A stretch of DNA of 64,000 nucleotides, taken from Vicugna vicugna. Its lineage: Eukaryota. The notes under the pieces are model-generated. The model had not been told where the DNA came from. It saw only the letters and a list, made by a program, of their open reading frames with translations, and ran no database searches. The position numbers and the translations under genes were made by a program. Shown piece by piece: positions 35,401-46,235 of this stretch. Numbering within the stretch: the first letter of the stretch is position 1; every line of letters begins with the position of its first letter. Where the stretch lies: positions 62,001-126,000 of the forward strand of contig MU060195.1 in the NCBI GenBank assembly GCA_013265495.1, in the 5' to 3' direction.

Positions 35401-36479
35401 CTTCTGAAAGGCTCCCCCTGCCTTGGGCTCCATGACACCACTGTCACCTGTGAAAATGAGTAAGGAAAATACGGTGTCAAGGAGTCCGGCAGAACCGACG
35501 TCCGCACAGCTGGCAGGTGGCGACCGCAAGCTGGGAGGGAGTCGGATGCACAAACACGTGCTCAGCCCAGAAGGACGGGAGACCCAGGCGGACCGGCCCC
35601 TGAGGAAGCAGAGAATGAACAGGAGCCCGTGTCTGCACTGGGTTAGAAGGGGGTTGCGAGGCAACAGCCCCGCTCTCAGACCAGAACGAGGGCTCGAGTG
35701 CAGTGTCTGAGCAGGTGCAGCAGCCAGAATGAGCTGCATGACAGCCTGGGTTGATGAACCACCAGGTGATGGTCCTGAGGGTCCATGGTAAGGCTGAATC
35801 TGTAGGGTCCGTGTGGACACGGGAGGGCTGTGACGACCTGTGTGGCCATCCTCGGTCCTCAGTGTGGAGCACACTGTCCGGGGCGCCAGCGGAAACAGGC
35901 TGCAGAGGGTCTGGGCTGTGAAACGGAGCACACTGCAGGGACCAGCTTAAAACGGGAGGTAAAAATGACAGACTCATTTTGCAAAACCTATCAGTCGACC
36001 TCTGTGGGTTTTGAATTTTATTTTTCTCTCTGACAGCCTGAGCCCTGCTGTGGAATGTACATGTTGTGAAATTCTGGCACATCACGAGAACACAAACTTT
36101 GTCTCTAACCAGTGGGATTTATCAGCACAGAATCTTTTACTTGAAGCCAGTGAAATTTTCAGGGTAGGCAGGAGTGGTGTAATGATCCTCTGTTGGTGAA
36201 TAGAGGCATTTTTCACCTGCTGAGGCCACTAGTCATTACCCAGGGTCTCACTGTGACATGCACGGTGCAGAAGACAGGCCACTGAAGATAAGAGAAATTG
36301 GTAGCTCCAGGTCTGCAGGATGAGTGGGTCTCCCATCAAGCCTCTCTCCCTTTGTACAGTTTTAGGTTAAATGAACAGGTGTTCATGTTGGCGTCCATGC
36401 GTCTCTGCGCACACCTTCAAAAATCGATTCCTCTTCCAGGGAACAAGCCAGACGGGATTCAGAAGAACTAGCATTCTTT

Positions 36480-36620
36480 GCGTGTCCTCCGTCCTGGCTG
36501 CATCCCCCAGGCTCTGCCTCCTGCTCGTGGATTTCTTTTCTGTGGGTGTTCCCGCCTCTTCTTACAAGGACACCCCCCTCATTGGATTTAGGGCCCTCCC
36601 TGACTCAGTGTGACCTCGTC
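36480..36620 (-). mobile_element. MaLR LTR (MLT1B/C/D-like) fragment
   Basis: CTCTTCTTACAAGGACACCCCCCTCATTGGATTTAGGGCCCTCCCTGACTCAGTGTGACCTCGTCT. Confidence 0.75.
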
Positions 36621-36750
36621 TGCTATGGTCTGAATGTGTCCCCCAAAATCCACGTGTGCAAATCCTAACCCCAAAGATGCCGGTACTGGGCGGGCCTTTG
36701 GGTGAGTAGGTCATGCAGTGGAGCCCATGTTCCATTGGCCTTCCACAGAG
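36621..36750 (+). mobile_element. MaLR LTR (MLT1A-like) 5' part
   Basis: TGCTATGGTCTGAATGTGTCCCCCAAAATCCACGTGTGCAAATCCTAACCCC...GGCCTTTGGGTGAGTAGGTCATG. Confidence 0.85.
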
Positions 36751-36764
36751 AAGTGACATCTAGT

Positions 36765-37290
36765 TTACGTTTTAATAGACTTTAATTTTAGAGTAGTTTT
36801 AGTTTCACAGTAAAACTGAGCAGAAGATAGATACGCATAGTCGCTGAGTTGGTCCTGCTCCCGACACGCGTGGGACCCGCACAGAAGCGTCCCCGCCATG
36901 GCCACATCCACACGCAGCTCTCCCTGTGCTCCACGTCCTGGGGTTTGAGAAGCGTCTGACGATGGGTGTCCAGCATTCACGTCTCACACAGAGCGGTTTC
37001 AATGCCCTGAATCCTCTACGTCCTGCCTGTCCGTGTCCCCTTCCCCTAATTCCCAGCAACCGCCGGTTCCCTCACTGTCTCCACTGTTCTGCCATTACGT
37101 CCTGGAATTATGCAGAATGCAGCCTTTTCAGATGGACTTCGTTCACTTAAAAACATGCATTTAAGTGTCCTCCGTGTTTTTCATGACTAATATTTTTAGT
37201 GCTGAATAATATTCCACTGTCTCGGTGAGTCACTGCAGACATAGTCATTCATCTCTGAAGGGCCTCTTGGCTACTTCCAAGCTTTAGCTG
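36765..37290 (-). mobile_element. L1MC-like 3' end, GC-shifted in its middle
   Basis: TTTTAATAGACTTTAATTTTTAGAGTAGTTTTAGTTTCACAG...GCAGCCTTTTCAGATGGACTTCGTTCACTTA...GCTGAATAATATTCCACTGTCT. Confidence 0.85.
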
Positions 37291-40197
37291 AGAAAAGCTG
37301 CTGTTTTTTAGTTTATTGAGCTTTTTACCTGTTATTAGGTCAGAGTGATGACCTCCAAGCTTCTCACACGCAGAAGAGAACCCTGGAAGTCTCCATCTGC
37401 TTTTAGAATGATTTTTCTTAAGGCCTTTCATGTTTCTTCCTAGCACAGCCTTAATAAAGATCAAGATGTAAGTTCAGCATAAATAAGATTCTTTTCAGCA
37501 ACTGTCTAATAATTTTTATAAGAATTATTGGGCAAAAGATACTTATCTATTTTAATTTATGAATTTCACATTTAGGCCTGAAAATCTTTACTTCACAATT
37601 TTTAAATCTAAACAGAAACAAGTTTTCCTTCTTTTTAGGCCAAAGTCCCCAATATTACCATTTCGACAGGACCAGCAAGCCAGCCCCCCATGTCACATTC
37701 AAGCTCCTGCGATGAATTCACCAGGCCTACGCTCCCTGTCTTTAATCCTATTCTCTGACAACGTTATCAAAACTTTTCCATGAAAAGACGACGCAATTTT
37801 AATAAAAAACAAAACACTTGGCTTGACATCCTCTTATAAAAATAAAACCACTTCTAAACAATGTTTCTGAATATACTTAAAAACAATGCAATTCTATTAT
37901 TCAGTGCAAGCAAAATGGTAGATGTTAACTAAAATCCAGAAAACTTATATATTGTTCACCAAGTTTCTCGAATGAAAAACAGATGACAATTTTCAGCAGA
38001 ATTCTGGAAAATGCAAGCGGCAACCTTTGAAGAGGGGTCGACCCACTTACCACTGAACATGACCCTTACAAATGTGTGAGTTGCCGTCAGACGTCCTCGA
38101 GGACTCCACGCCGCGTCGTAGGCCAGAGGCACTCGTCTCGTTGTCGTCGTCTGCCATCAGATGATGAAACACACTAGGTCCGCAGCAAGAGTCACGTACT
38201 TTCAGAAACCCATTCAGTGGGAAACACGGACCAGACACTCTACTGTTGTCCATCGATGCCAAGATTCCAAGACAGCCAGGTTTGTCTTCACCCTTAGGGT
38301 CAATACCTCAGTGAGAATTACAGGCATTATTTTTTGTCCAACCCCTTGGATCTAAACATTGTCTTTTTTCTAATGTGCTCAAAGGAAAGCTTGAGAGACA
38401 GTAAGATTTCTGTGCTCCAAGGAGAGAACTATTTTTTAAAGGTTTTTCTGTTACAGTTAGTTTTTAAATGCTGGACTCCTTCTAATACCAACAATCCTGC
38501 ATCCTATTTTCTTACACAAAGAGCAGTGAATTACATTAATGCTCTCTGAGAAGTATCACCACGTAGATTTTAATGCTGTAACTTTTAAAGTCGTACTTAG
38601 TTCTAGACCAATGTTTCTTAGCTGGTTTTTCACTCCTGCCTTCCCACGGAGACGTTTAACCAGCAAAGGAAAGCTTCTCACATCTTCGACGGTGAGGGCT
38701 CAGCTGAGTCATCCGTCCTCTCCTGAGGCCACTGTGGCTTCTCCCACCCTCAGGCTCTGACCCAGCCTTGACCAGAAACACAGAGAGTGACGTCCCCACC
38801 GACAGACTCCACGCCCTTCCCAGGTACTGGGAACACCAGCTAGTTCACACCGTGAAATAAAAACAACCACCCTCATCCCATAGCTCTGGAAAACGTAAGA
38901 AAAAGTTGGAGTAAAACCGACATCTACGTGTATTAGCAAAGACGAGGTTAGATTTTATCTGCACCGTCTACCAGCCATGGGAATGGGAGTCCCACTTCCT
39001 GTCTCACTCCCCCTGCTTTGCCTCCTGACTCGACAAATCAGCTCAGCGTCCAGAAGAGCAGGAGGGCCTGCCTCCTGGAGACCCTTGCACGTCGCTCCTC
39101 GAGGGTCAGTGAAGGGCTTTGCTTCCTGGAGGAAGAGCTGAGTGGTGCTCCCGTCGTGGCCGAGTTCCACCACTAGACGCTGACGTTCCACAGACCCGGC
39201 GTGCGCTGACTGGTTCTATGATTCAGCAGTTACAACGTGAACCCTCAGAATGACACCCCGAGACTCACGGTACTTGGCCTCGTACTTTGATGATGTGGTT
39301 GAGTTTTAACTGCAGACCATTTGAAACAGGGCACTGTATCTGTTAGATATAAAATTCCACTCATGGGCAACTGCCTTTGTAATGGGGTCCTGCCCTAACT
39401 CAGAAGGGCCCTCCCTTCCCTCCCCGCCTTCACTGCCCCTCTGGTATAGAGGCCGCCAACCAGACTGGGAAATCGGCTGACATGGGCAGAGGGGTCGGGG
39501 GGGTGAGGGAGAAGAAGAAAAGGTGGGGGGGACGGGGGCCCGTCTCTTACTTCACCCAGGAGGGGTCTTTAGCCAGATGCTGAATCTCACTCCTAGCAGC
39601 TTTACCAAACACGGGTCCTTTTCACACAGTACCTGGAGGGAGTTCATGGAACCCTGGGATACTTTGCTGGTGCAGAATTTCACAGCCATGCCACAAACAG
39701 GAATCCGATGGTGGCGGCGAGCCCTTTCACAGAAGCTCCAGGCCACAGGCGGCGGGCGAGCACAGGCAGAGGCAGAGAGTCCGCGGAGCTGCCCGGTCCC
39801 CGGCTGCCCTGGAGACACACGTGCTGCCCGCGTGGCCCCAGGTGTCTCAGTGTGGTCGTTCCCACTTGTGCATCCCTTCTCTTCCCTAAATCAGAATTTC
39901 CTGCAGGCAGGCGCTGTGTTTCACTCACTTCCACGTTCCCTGCAGGGCCCAGCAAAAGTCAGAGTAAGTGTGTAACGAGTCTTCACGGCTGACAGCTACT
40001 AGCCCACTGTATCATCACTCACAGGGAGTTCGGGACACTGAATCCCCCTCAGCCAAAGTACCAAACAGATAACCCTCTCGACGTGCTTCTGTTGACATCA
40101 CCACAGAACACAGATTTAATTCACTAATAACCAACCTTCCTCAGCCCCCTAACATTGGATGCGGGGGGAAACACCGGCCTAGTCAAGACCTAATGAT

Positions 40198-40334
40198 AAT
40201 TTTTTAAATTTTTTTCTTGAGTGGAAGGGAATTAGGTTGGTTTGTTTGTGTGTTTACATGGAGGCACGGGGGATTGAACCCAGGACCTCACGCATGCTAA
40301 GCCCACATTCTACCACTGAGCCATGCCCTCCCCC
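40198..40334 (-). mobile_element. Camelid tRNA-derived SINE (Vic-1-like)
   Basis: The reverse complement reads GGGGAGGGCATGGCTCAGTGGTAGAATGTGGGCTTAGCATGCGTGAGGTCCTGGGTTCAATCCCCCG, followed by an A-rich tail. Confidence 0.9.
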
Positions 40335-40379
40335 AGGAAACAGCAGTTAAGACTGCTTTCTCCTTCACCCCCACCACCA

Positions 40380-40560
40380 GCCGCTAGACCACGCGCTCCA
40401 CCCACGCACCGAGAAGATGCGGTTCCCCCCGGCCGAGAGCCACAGAAGGCACTAACCCTCGGCCGAGCGGCAGGCGCGGCAGCCCCCGCCCGGGCGCAGC
40501 CAGAGCTCACAGGAGGTCTGCGCAGCAGAGACACCTGCCTGGACGCCCTCGTGCATAAAT
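40380..40560. promoter_or_regulatory. Short CpG/GC-rich block
   Basis: Dense CpG (CCGGCCGAG, GGCGCGGC, CCCGCCCGGGCGC) with a GC box. Confidence 0.4.
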
Positions 40561-41119
40561 GTCAGAAAAGAAGACATGCAGCTCTGAGAGCGTTTGGCTG
40601 TCTCCTCCAGTCACCAGCGCAGGCCCTGGAGAAACGCTCATCCCAGCGGGGTCCAGTTCAGCTCAGAGGCAGCGTGTTAGCCTCCAAGGCCACCGTCTTG
40701 GGTTTATTTCTGCTTATTTCCAGGCTCGAACACCTGGGAGCGTTACTCCTGTCTTCGTGTTGCAAGTCTGTCAAAGGCTGACTTCAGGCTCAGGAGGAGG
40801 CAGAACCCCGGGCCATGTGTGACTGCGGCTACAGCCGGAGCCCCTCCCCAGCCTGGGGGGACCCTCACCCAGGGCTGCGCGAGGCTCCGGCCAGCGCCCG
40901 AGGCCGATTAGCAAGAGGAACCTGGGAGCTGAAGTCGCTGTGGTGTGTGTTTCTCCAGGTCTCTAGAAGCAGGGATGTTTAAAAGGCAGTTCTCTTCTCT
41001 TCTTTGAATATGTCAACTAAAAAATAGAGATGTGTATTATTTGATAAAACACATGGGGAAAACGTGTCTTCCTTCCCTTTGCAAAGGGAGGGTAAAAATA
41101 AACCCAGTGCTTCTGGCTT

Positions 41120-41720
41120 TCTCACTGATCCGACCCGGGGTGGCGGGTGGGGGCCTGATCTTGGGCAAGTCCTTGGGGCGGGGGCCGCAGCGCCCCTGCC
41201 GGAGCCCCGGGGGCCCGGAGAGGCAGGGTCTCCTCACAGGCCTGCACCCGGCAGAGGAGCACGAACTGTCCCCGCGCGTTTCTAGGAGGCGCCCCCAGAA
41301 CCGAGAGTGGGGAACGGGAGGTGTGGGAGGTGAGCGCTGGGAGCAGGACTGCAGTGGGGTTTCCAGCTTCCTCTCTGCCAGGGGAGAAAAGTGAGCTGGG
41401 CACCTGGGGCCCGAGGAAGCGTTTCACGTTTCTCTCAGGAATCTGTGCGCATCCTGTCTCCTCGCAGATGGTCCCGGAGCTTAACGCTGGAAAAGTCTTC
41501 GCTGGGGTCTGACCAGAGAAACAGTCCAGGCAGCAGCGTGCGCCCTGGATCGCCGGGAATCCCCCAGGGCGGGCAGCTCCCGTGTCCGGGCCTGCAAAGC
41601 ACCACGGAGGGCGGACCCTGCGCGGGCCCGGCCCCTCCACCCAGGCCGCGGCCGGAGCGGGGCAGGAGCCCCTCAACGCCGCAGGCAGTGTCTGTCCCAG
41701 AACGGGCTGGGGAGGTGTCA
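41120..41720. promoter_or_regulatory. CpG island-like region (candidate promoter or enhancer)
   Basis: About 600 bp, very GC-rich with many CpG, a GGGGCGGGG box and G-run clusters; no repeat recognised. Confidence 0.55.
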
Positions 41721-43496
41721 GGAGAGCACAGAGTGGCTCCCGCAGGGCTCGTGTCTAAGATGCTGGAAGAGAACGTGCCCGAGGATGGGACAGCACCCTT
41801 TAGAAACTGATAAGCCGGGCACCCGTGGATCTTGTCAGGCCCAGAGGCTCCAGCACTGGTCTTAGAACACATTAAAATTACCCTCACCTTCCTCTGCTCC
41901 CGCAGCAAACCCAGGCCAGGCCAGGGACCACGATTTTAATCAACGTGTGCTAACAGACCATTCTGAGGTCACATCTCCCCTGTGCCTTGAACTAATTAAC
42001 AGTTTAGTTGAGTCGGGAAGAAGTTCGCTCCAGGCACTTCCCAGTGAAGATGGAGTCCAAAGTTCTCTTGCATGTCTTAATGCGTTTCTTAAAACATGAA
42101 TGTCCTCAAGGAAACTTAGTACCAGGAGTGATTTCATGGAGACAGAATTTAATTTTCACCTTCACATTTTATATCTTGAAAATGCTTAGAAACAACGAAA
42201 AATTAGTATTTCTTGGTCTAGTTCCTCAGTCATTTATGGTGAATAAATGAGTTTTGAGTAGCTAGGGGTAACAGTGATATTAAGCATTTTAAAGAAAAAA
42301 GCTCTGAATTATTTTTCCATATATTTTGTCCTATATACACAAATATTTATTCTCTTGTGACTTCCAAGGACGCAAATGGATTTGTTAATGATTTCCACCG
42401 ACGGTGCCTGTGGTCAGTGGCAAAGATGGCTGCGTTCGCCACCTGCCCCGTGTCCACACTCCGCTGAGTGGCTTGCTTTGCCCTTAGGCTTTGGCTGTGT
42501 CACTCCAGCTGAGGACGTGCAGGGTCAGCGGGCAGCCAGCAAAGCCCAGACACACGAAGGAGCCTAGATGGGGCCAGCAGGGCACCCCCCCCCATCCCAG
42601 GCACATGAGCCACGAACGCGTGCTGACGGACGTAGATGAGGGTCGTGGCTAATCGTCGGGGAGCATTTTTGTGTCAAAACTAAAGCAACAACGATCCCAG
42701 AAGGACTGCCATCTCTCCCACACACCCAACTCCTTTGTCTCCATGCTCCACCTTACCCTCCTTAAAATGCCGTCCGTCAATCAATCTAGCTTCTGCTTCC
42801 TCCACTCCTACACCTGCAAGGCTCAGTGAACCTGGGGAAAGTCACCCAGCCACCCCCGTGGGCCCCTAGGAAGGGACGCTCCCCCGCCTCAGCCATCACC
42901 TCACACTGGGCAGCTCGATGCCACGTGTCTGGTGAAAACCTTTCCCATCTCCCCGGAGCTGCTTCATGCTTCCCTGTGTTCCATCAACTCCCAGTTCTGT
43001 TGCTCTCTCCTTCATCCAAAGATGACTGCCTCCTTTTTCCTTATAATCCCAGGTGAACGCGTGGTCCAGTTTTGGAGGGATGTCTTACTCAGTAAAACAG
43101 TCTTACCTCCACAAGGAATTGCAAAGTAACTACAATCCTTTACCTGTGTGGCTCTTAGAATGTAAAAAGGGAACCCAAATGCATAACTTACCGCCACACT
43201 CCTTATAATTCTTTCCTCACTTTGTTACTTGGTCCCTCTCCAAAACAAACAAACCCAAAAAACACTCCAGAATTTTTCACCAACCCCCTAAAAGCTCTCT
43301 TATCCACACTAGACAAATGATCTCTTCCTCCAGCCCCTTCTGTCTGTTTCTTCAAAACATGCAGTCTTAGGTCCAGCCTTGCTAGACTTGTTGCATCCAA
43401 ATTCCTATGGAAAGGCCAGCAAATTAATGTGTGTGTTGGAATAGGACCTGGGTAATTCTTCTCATCAAGCGAGTTTGAAAACCTGTAGCTTGAACT

Positions 43497-43660
43497 CCAG
43501 CTCTCAGTCTTGGTTGCTCGTTGGGATCTCTGGGGAAGGTGTCAAGACTCCTGAAGCTGGGCTGCCCCAGGTCCTGATTTAATTGACATGGAATGAGTCC
43601 TGGACATCTGTACTTTTAAGAGCCCCCAGGAGAGTCTAACATGCAGCACTGTGGTCCCCA
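43497..43660. mobile_element. hAT-Charlie MER5A-like MITE
   Basis: CTGATTTAATTGACATGGAATGAGTCCTGGACATCTGTACTTTTAAGAGCCCCCAGGAGAGTCTAACATGCAGC. Confidence 0.7.
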
Positions 43661-43870
43661 GTGATGCCACACAGGCATCCCCCAGGTTTGCAGCCGGGCA
43701 TCACTCAGGGTGTAATCGGAAGAAACAAAAAACTCCCACATGCACAGCTTCCCGTACTACAAGCCAAACAAATACAATGAAGCCAGCGTCCCTCTAGAAA
43801 GGAGGGGTGAGTAAAGATTGCAGTTTCCCCACCTGCATCCCAAGTAGTTCCCAGAACTGGGGTTTGTCCG

Positions 43871-43921
43871 TCCTTCCTTCCTTCCTTCCTTCCTTCCTTC
43901 CTTCCTCCTTCCTTCCTTCCT
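43871..43921. repeat. (CTTC)n microsatellite running into a gap
   Basis: TCCT/CTTC tandem units directly before an N run. Confidence 0.95.
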
Positions 43922-44202
43922 NNNNNNNNNNNNNNNNNNNNNNNNNNNNNNNNNNNNNNNNNNNNNNNNNNNNNNNNNNNNNNNNNNNNNNNNNNNNNNN
44001 NNNNNNNNNNNNNNNNNNNNNNNNNNNNNNNNNNNNNNNNNNNNNNNNNNNNNNNNNNNNNNNNNNNNNNNNNNNNNNNNNNNNNNNNNNNNNNNNNNNN
44101 NNNNNNNNNNNNNNNNNNNNNNNNNNNNNNNNNNNNNNNNNNNNNNNNNNNNNNNNNNNNNNNNNNNNNNNNNNNNNNNNNNNNNNNNNNNNNNNNNNNN
44201 NN
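43922..44202. other. Assembly gap (281 N)
   Basis: N run. Confidence 1.
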
Positions 44203-44764
44203 TTCTATAACAGATCTAACCTTCTGCTTAGGCCTCCCTGTTGAAGGCAGGCATGGACAAGGAGCAGGCAGATCTATTCAGAAGATCCGACGAACTCACA
44301 GGGACTCAGTATGCAGATAATTCCCTGTGGCAGCTAACTTCTTTGTCAAGGTCTCTGGTCAAGGCCCTGCTCTCAGCCCACATGGCCTCAGGGTCATGGG
44401 AGAAGACGGGGTGGAGTCCCTGGGGCCCACAGGCCTTTGGTGCCCTTGCTGAGAGGGATCTGCAACCACTGGGGTACGTGGTGCAGTGTCCCCTGGCCAG
44501 GCACAGTGACACCCCAGCTCCCGTGACGGAGTCCACTGTCCCAGCGCTCGGCCTTCCGTCTCAGCGTCCCTCACACACGTTACAGCCTCTTCGCTCGGAC
44601 CCCGCCTGCGTCCCTCCCGTGATGCGTCAGCAGCTCAGCGTCCGTCGGTGGAGCACAAACCCCTGAGCGCTCTGCACATCGCGGACATGCAGGGGACCCA
44701 GGTGCCACAAGGGCTCACCGTTCTCACCTCCTCCTGCTGCCCGTCCACTGCAATCTTCTCCCCA

Positions 44765-44885
44765 CATGCATTGTGGGGCCTGGTGCAAAACGAACACAGA
44801 GTCCCTTGTTCAAAATGTCATTGAGAATCTCAAGACAGTGACGTCGAGCCTTCAGCCAGGTGGGACAAACACGAAGCAAGCCCTG
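44765..44885 (-). mobile_element. hAT-Tip100 MER45A-like fragment
   Basis: TTGTGGGGCCTGGTGCAAAACGAAC...CCCTTGTTCAAAATGTCATTGAGAATCTCAAGACAGTGAC...GCCCTG; also homologous to 61339-61428. Confidence 0.7.
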
Positions 44886-46064
44886 GCTGCAGCCACACAG
44901 CAGACAGCCTCAGTCCCGTCACCCACCAGGCTCGGGGCCAAATCTGACGATGGAGGGGCTGGGGGGCGGTGGGGCGCAGTACACAGAGGAATCAACCTGT
45001 GGAATTTCACACCTAATTTAAATTCCAGATGCCGAGGGGGGGAAAAGCCTTAAATTGTGTAACATAACTGTCTTAGTTTTGAAGATGTCTTTCAAAAACA
45101 GTCATCTTCACTCTCAGTTCTTCAGCCCTCCTGTCATACCCACCCACCCATGAAAGGAGGGGTCCTGAGCTCATCAAAATGCAAAATATCAGTGATTCCT
45201 CTCCCCTCCGCCTTTGATGTTTAGAATAAAGTATGTGCGTCTTAGCACACTGCTACCGCACCGCCCATTAATCATAAGGCGGTCAGAGATCCCCCCTTTA
45301 TGGGAAAGGTGGCTGAATCTCCCAAATTCAGTCTGGGCATTACGGCCCCTCAAATTATAGAGTGAATGGTAGCTTAAAGAAAAATGAGAACAGTGTTTTA
45401 ACAACGACTTATACCAGCTTCTCGAGATTCCTGTTACTCCTATTCGTATGCAGGACCCAGTAAAACAAAACTTTTTAATTTGAAAAAAGGAGGGTGACGC
45501 AACAACTCACTCAAACTGCGCAGCCTTGAGAAAGCCCAGCCTCCTTCAGGGCAGGTCTGAGGGCGTGTTACATTGCTATAATTACCATTCTGCTGAGTGT
45601 CTTCCTATCAGAGAATATGATCAGATAATTCACTTTACAGCACAAGGGAAAGCAAGCCATTGAGACGGCACCACTGTTCTGCTTAAGTTTGTCACTTGTG
45701 CCTCGTGGGGCGTGTCCAGCAGCACTGGAGGATGTGAACGACTCAGGTCTGAAGGATGGAGGGACGCTATGGGGTCCGCTACGAGCTTCCTGTAAACAGT
45801 GGGCGGTCTCATCAGCGAGTGCTTCGTGGTAGTACAGACTTTACTCCAGTCCATCTCTCCAGACGTCAATATTAAAGACACTGAGGCTGGATAAATTACT
45901 GTCAGAACTGCTGCCTTGGTGCTGGTCAGCACATTCTAAGTCCAGACAGACCCGGTGACAGCCGTATGTGGAGACCCAAGTAGATGTCTCCGCCGTATAA
46001 GCATGGCGTTTAGCACCAAATCACCAAAGCAATGCACGTGAACCACACAGCAGCTGGTGTGCAC

Positions 46065-46235
46065 TCAGCCATTTAACCTCGTCCACAACCTCTGAGGCAC
46101 GTGCTGCTGTTACACCCACTTTACAGATGGCGACACTGACGTACAGAGAAGTCGGGTAACCTGACCGCACGGCCAGGGAGTCCCAGAGCCACTCCAAGGG
46201 TCCATGTCAGGAGTCTGCACCCTTACCTGCAGGCT
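46065..46235 (-). mobile_element. MIR
   Basis: CATTTAACCTCGTCCACAACCTCTGAGG...CCCACTTTACAGATGGCGACACTGACGTACAGAGAAGT. Confidence 0.75.
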
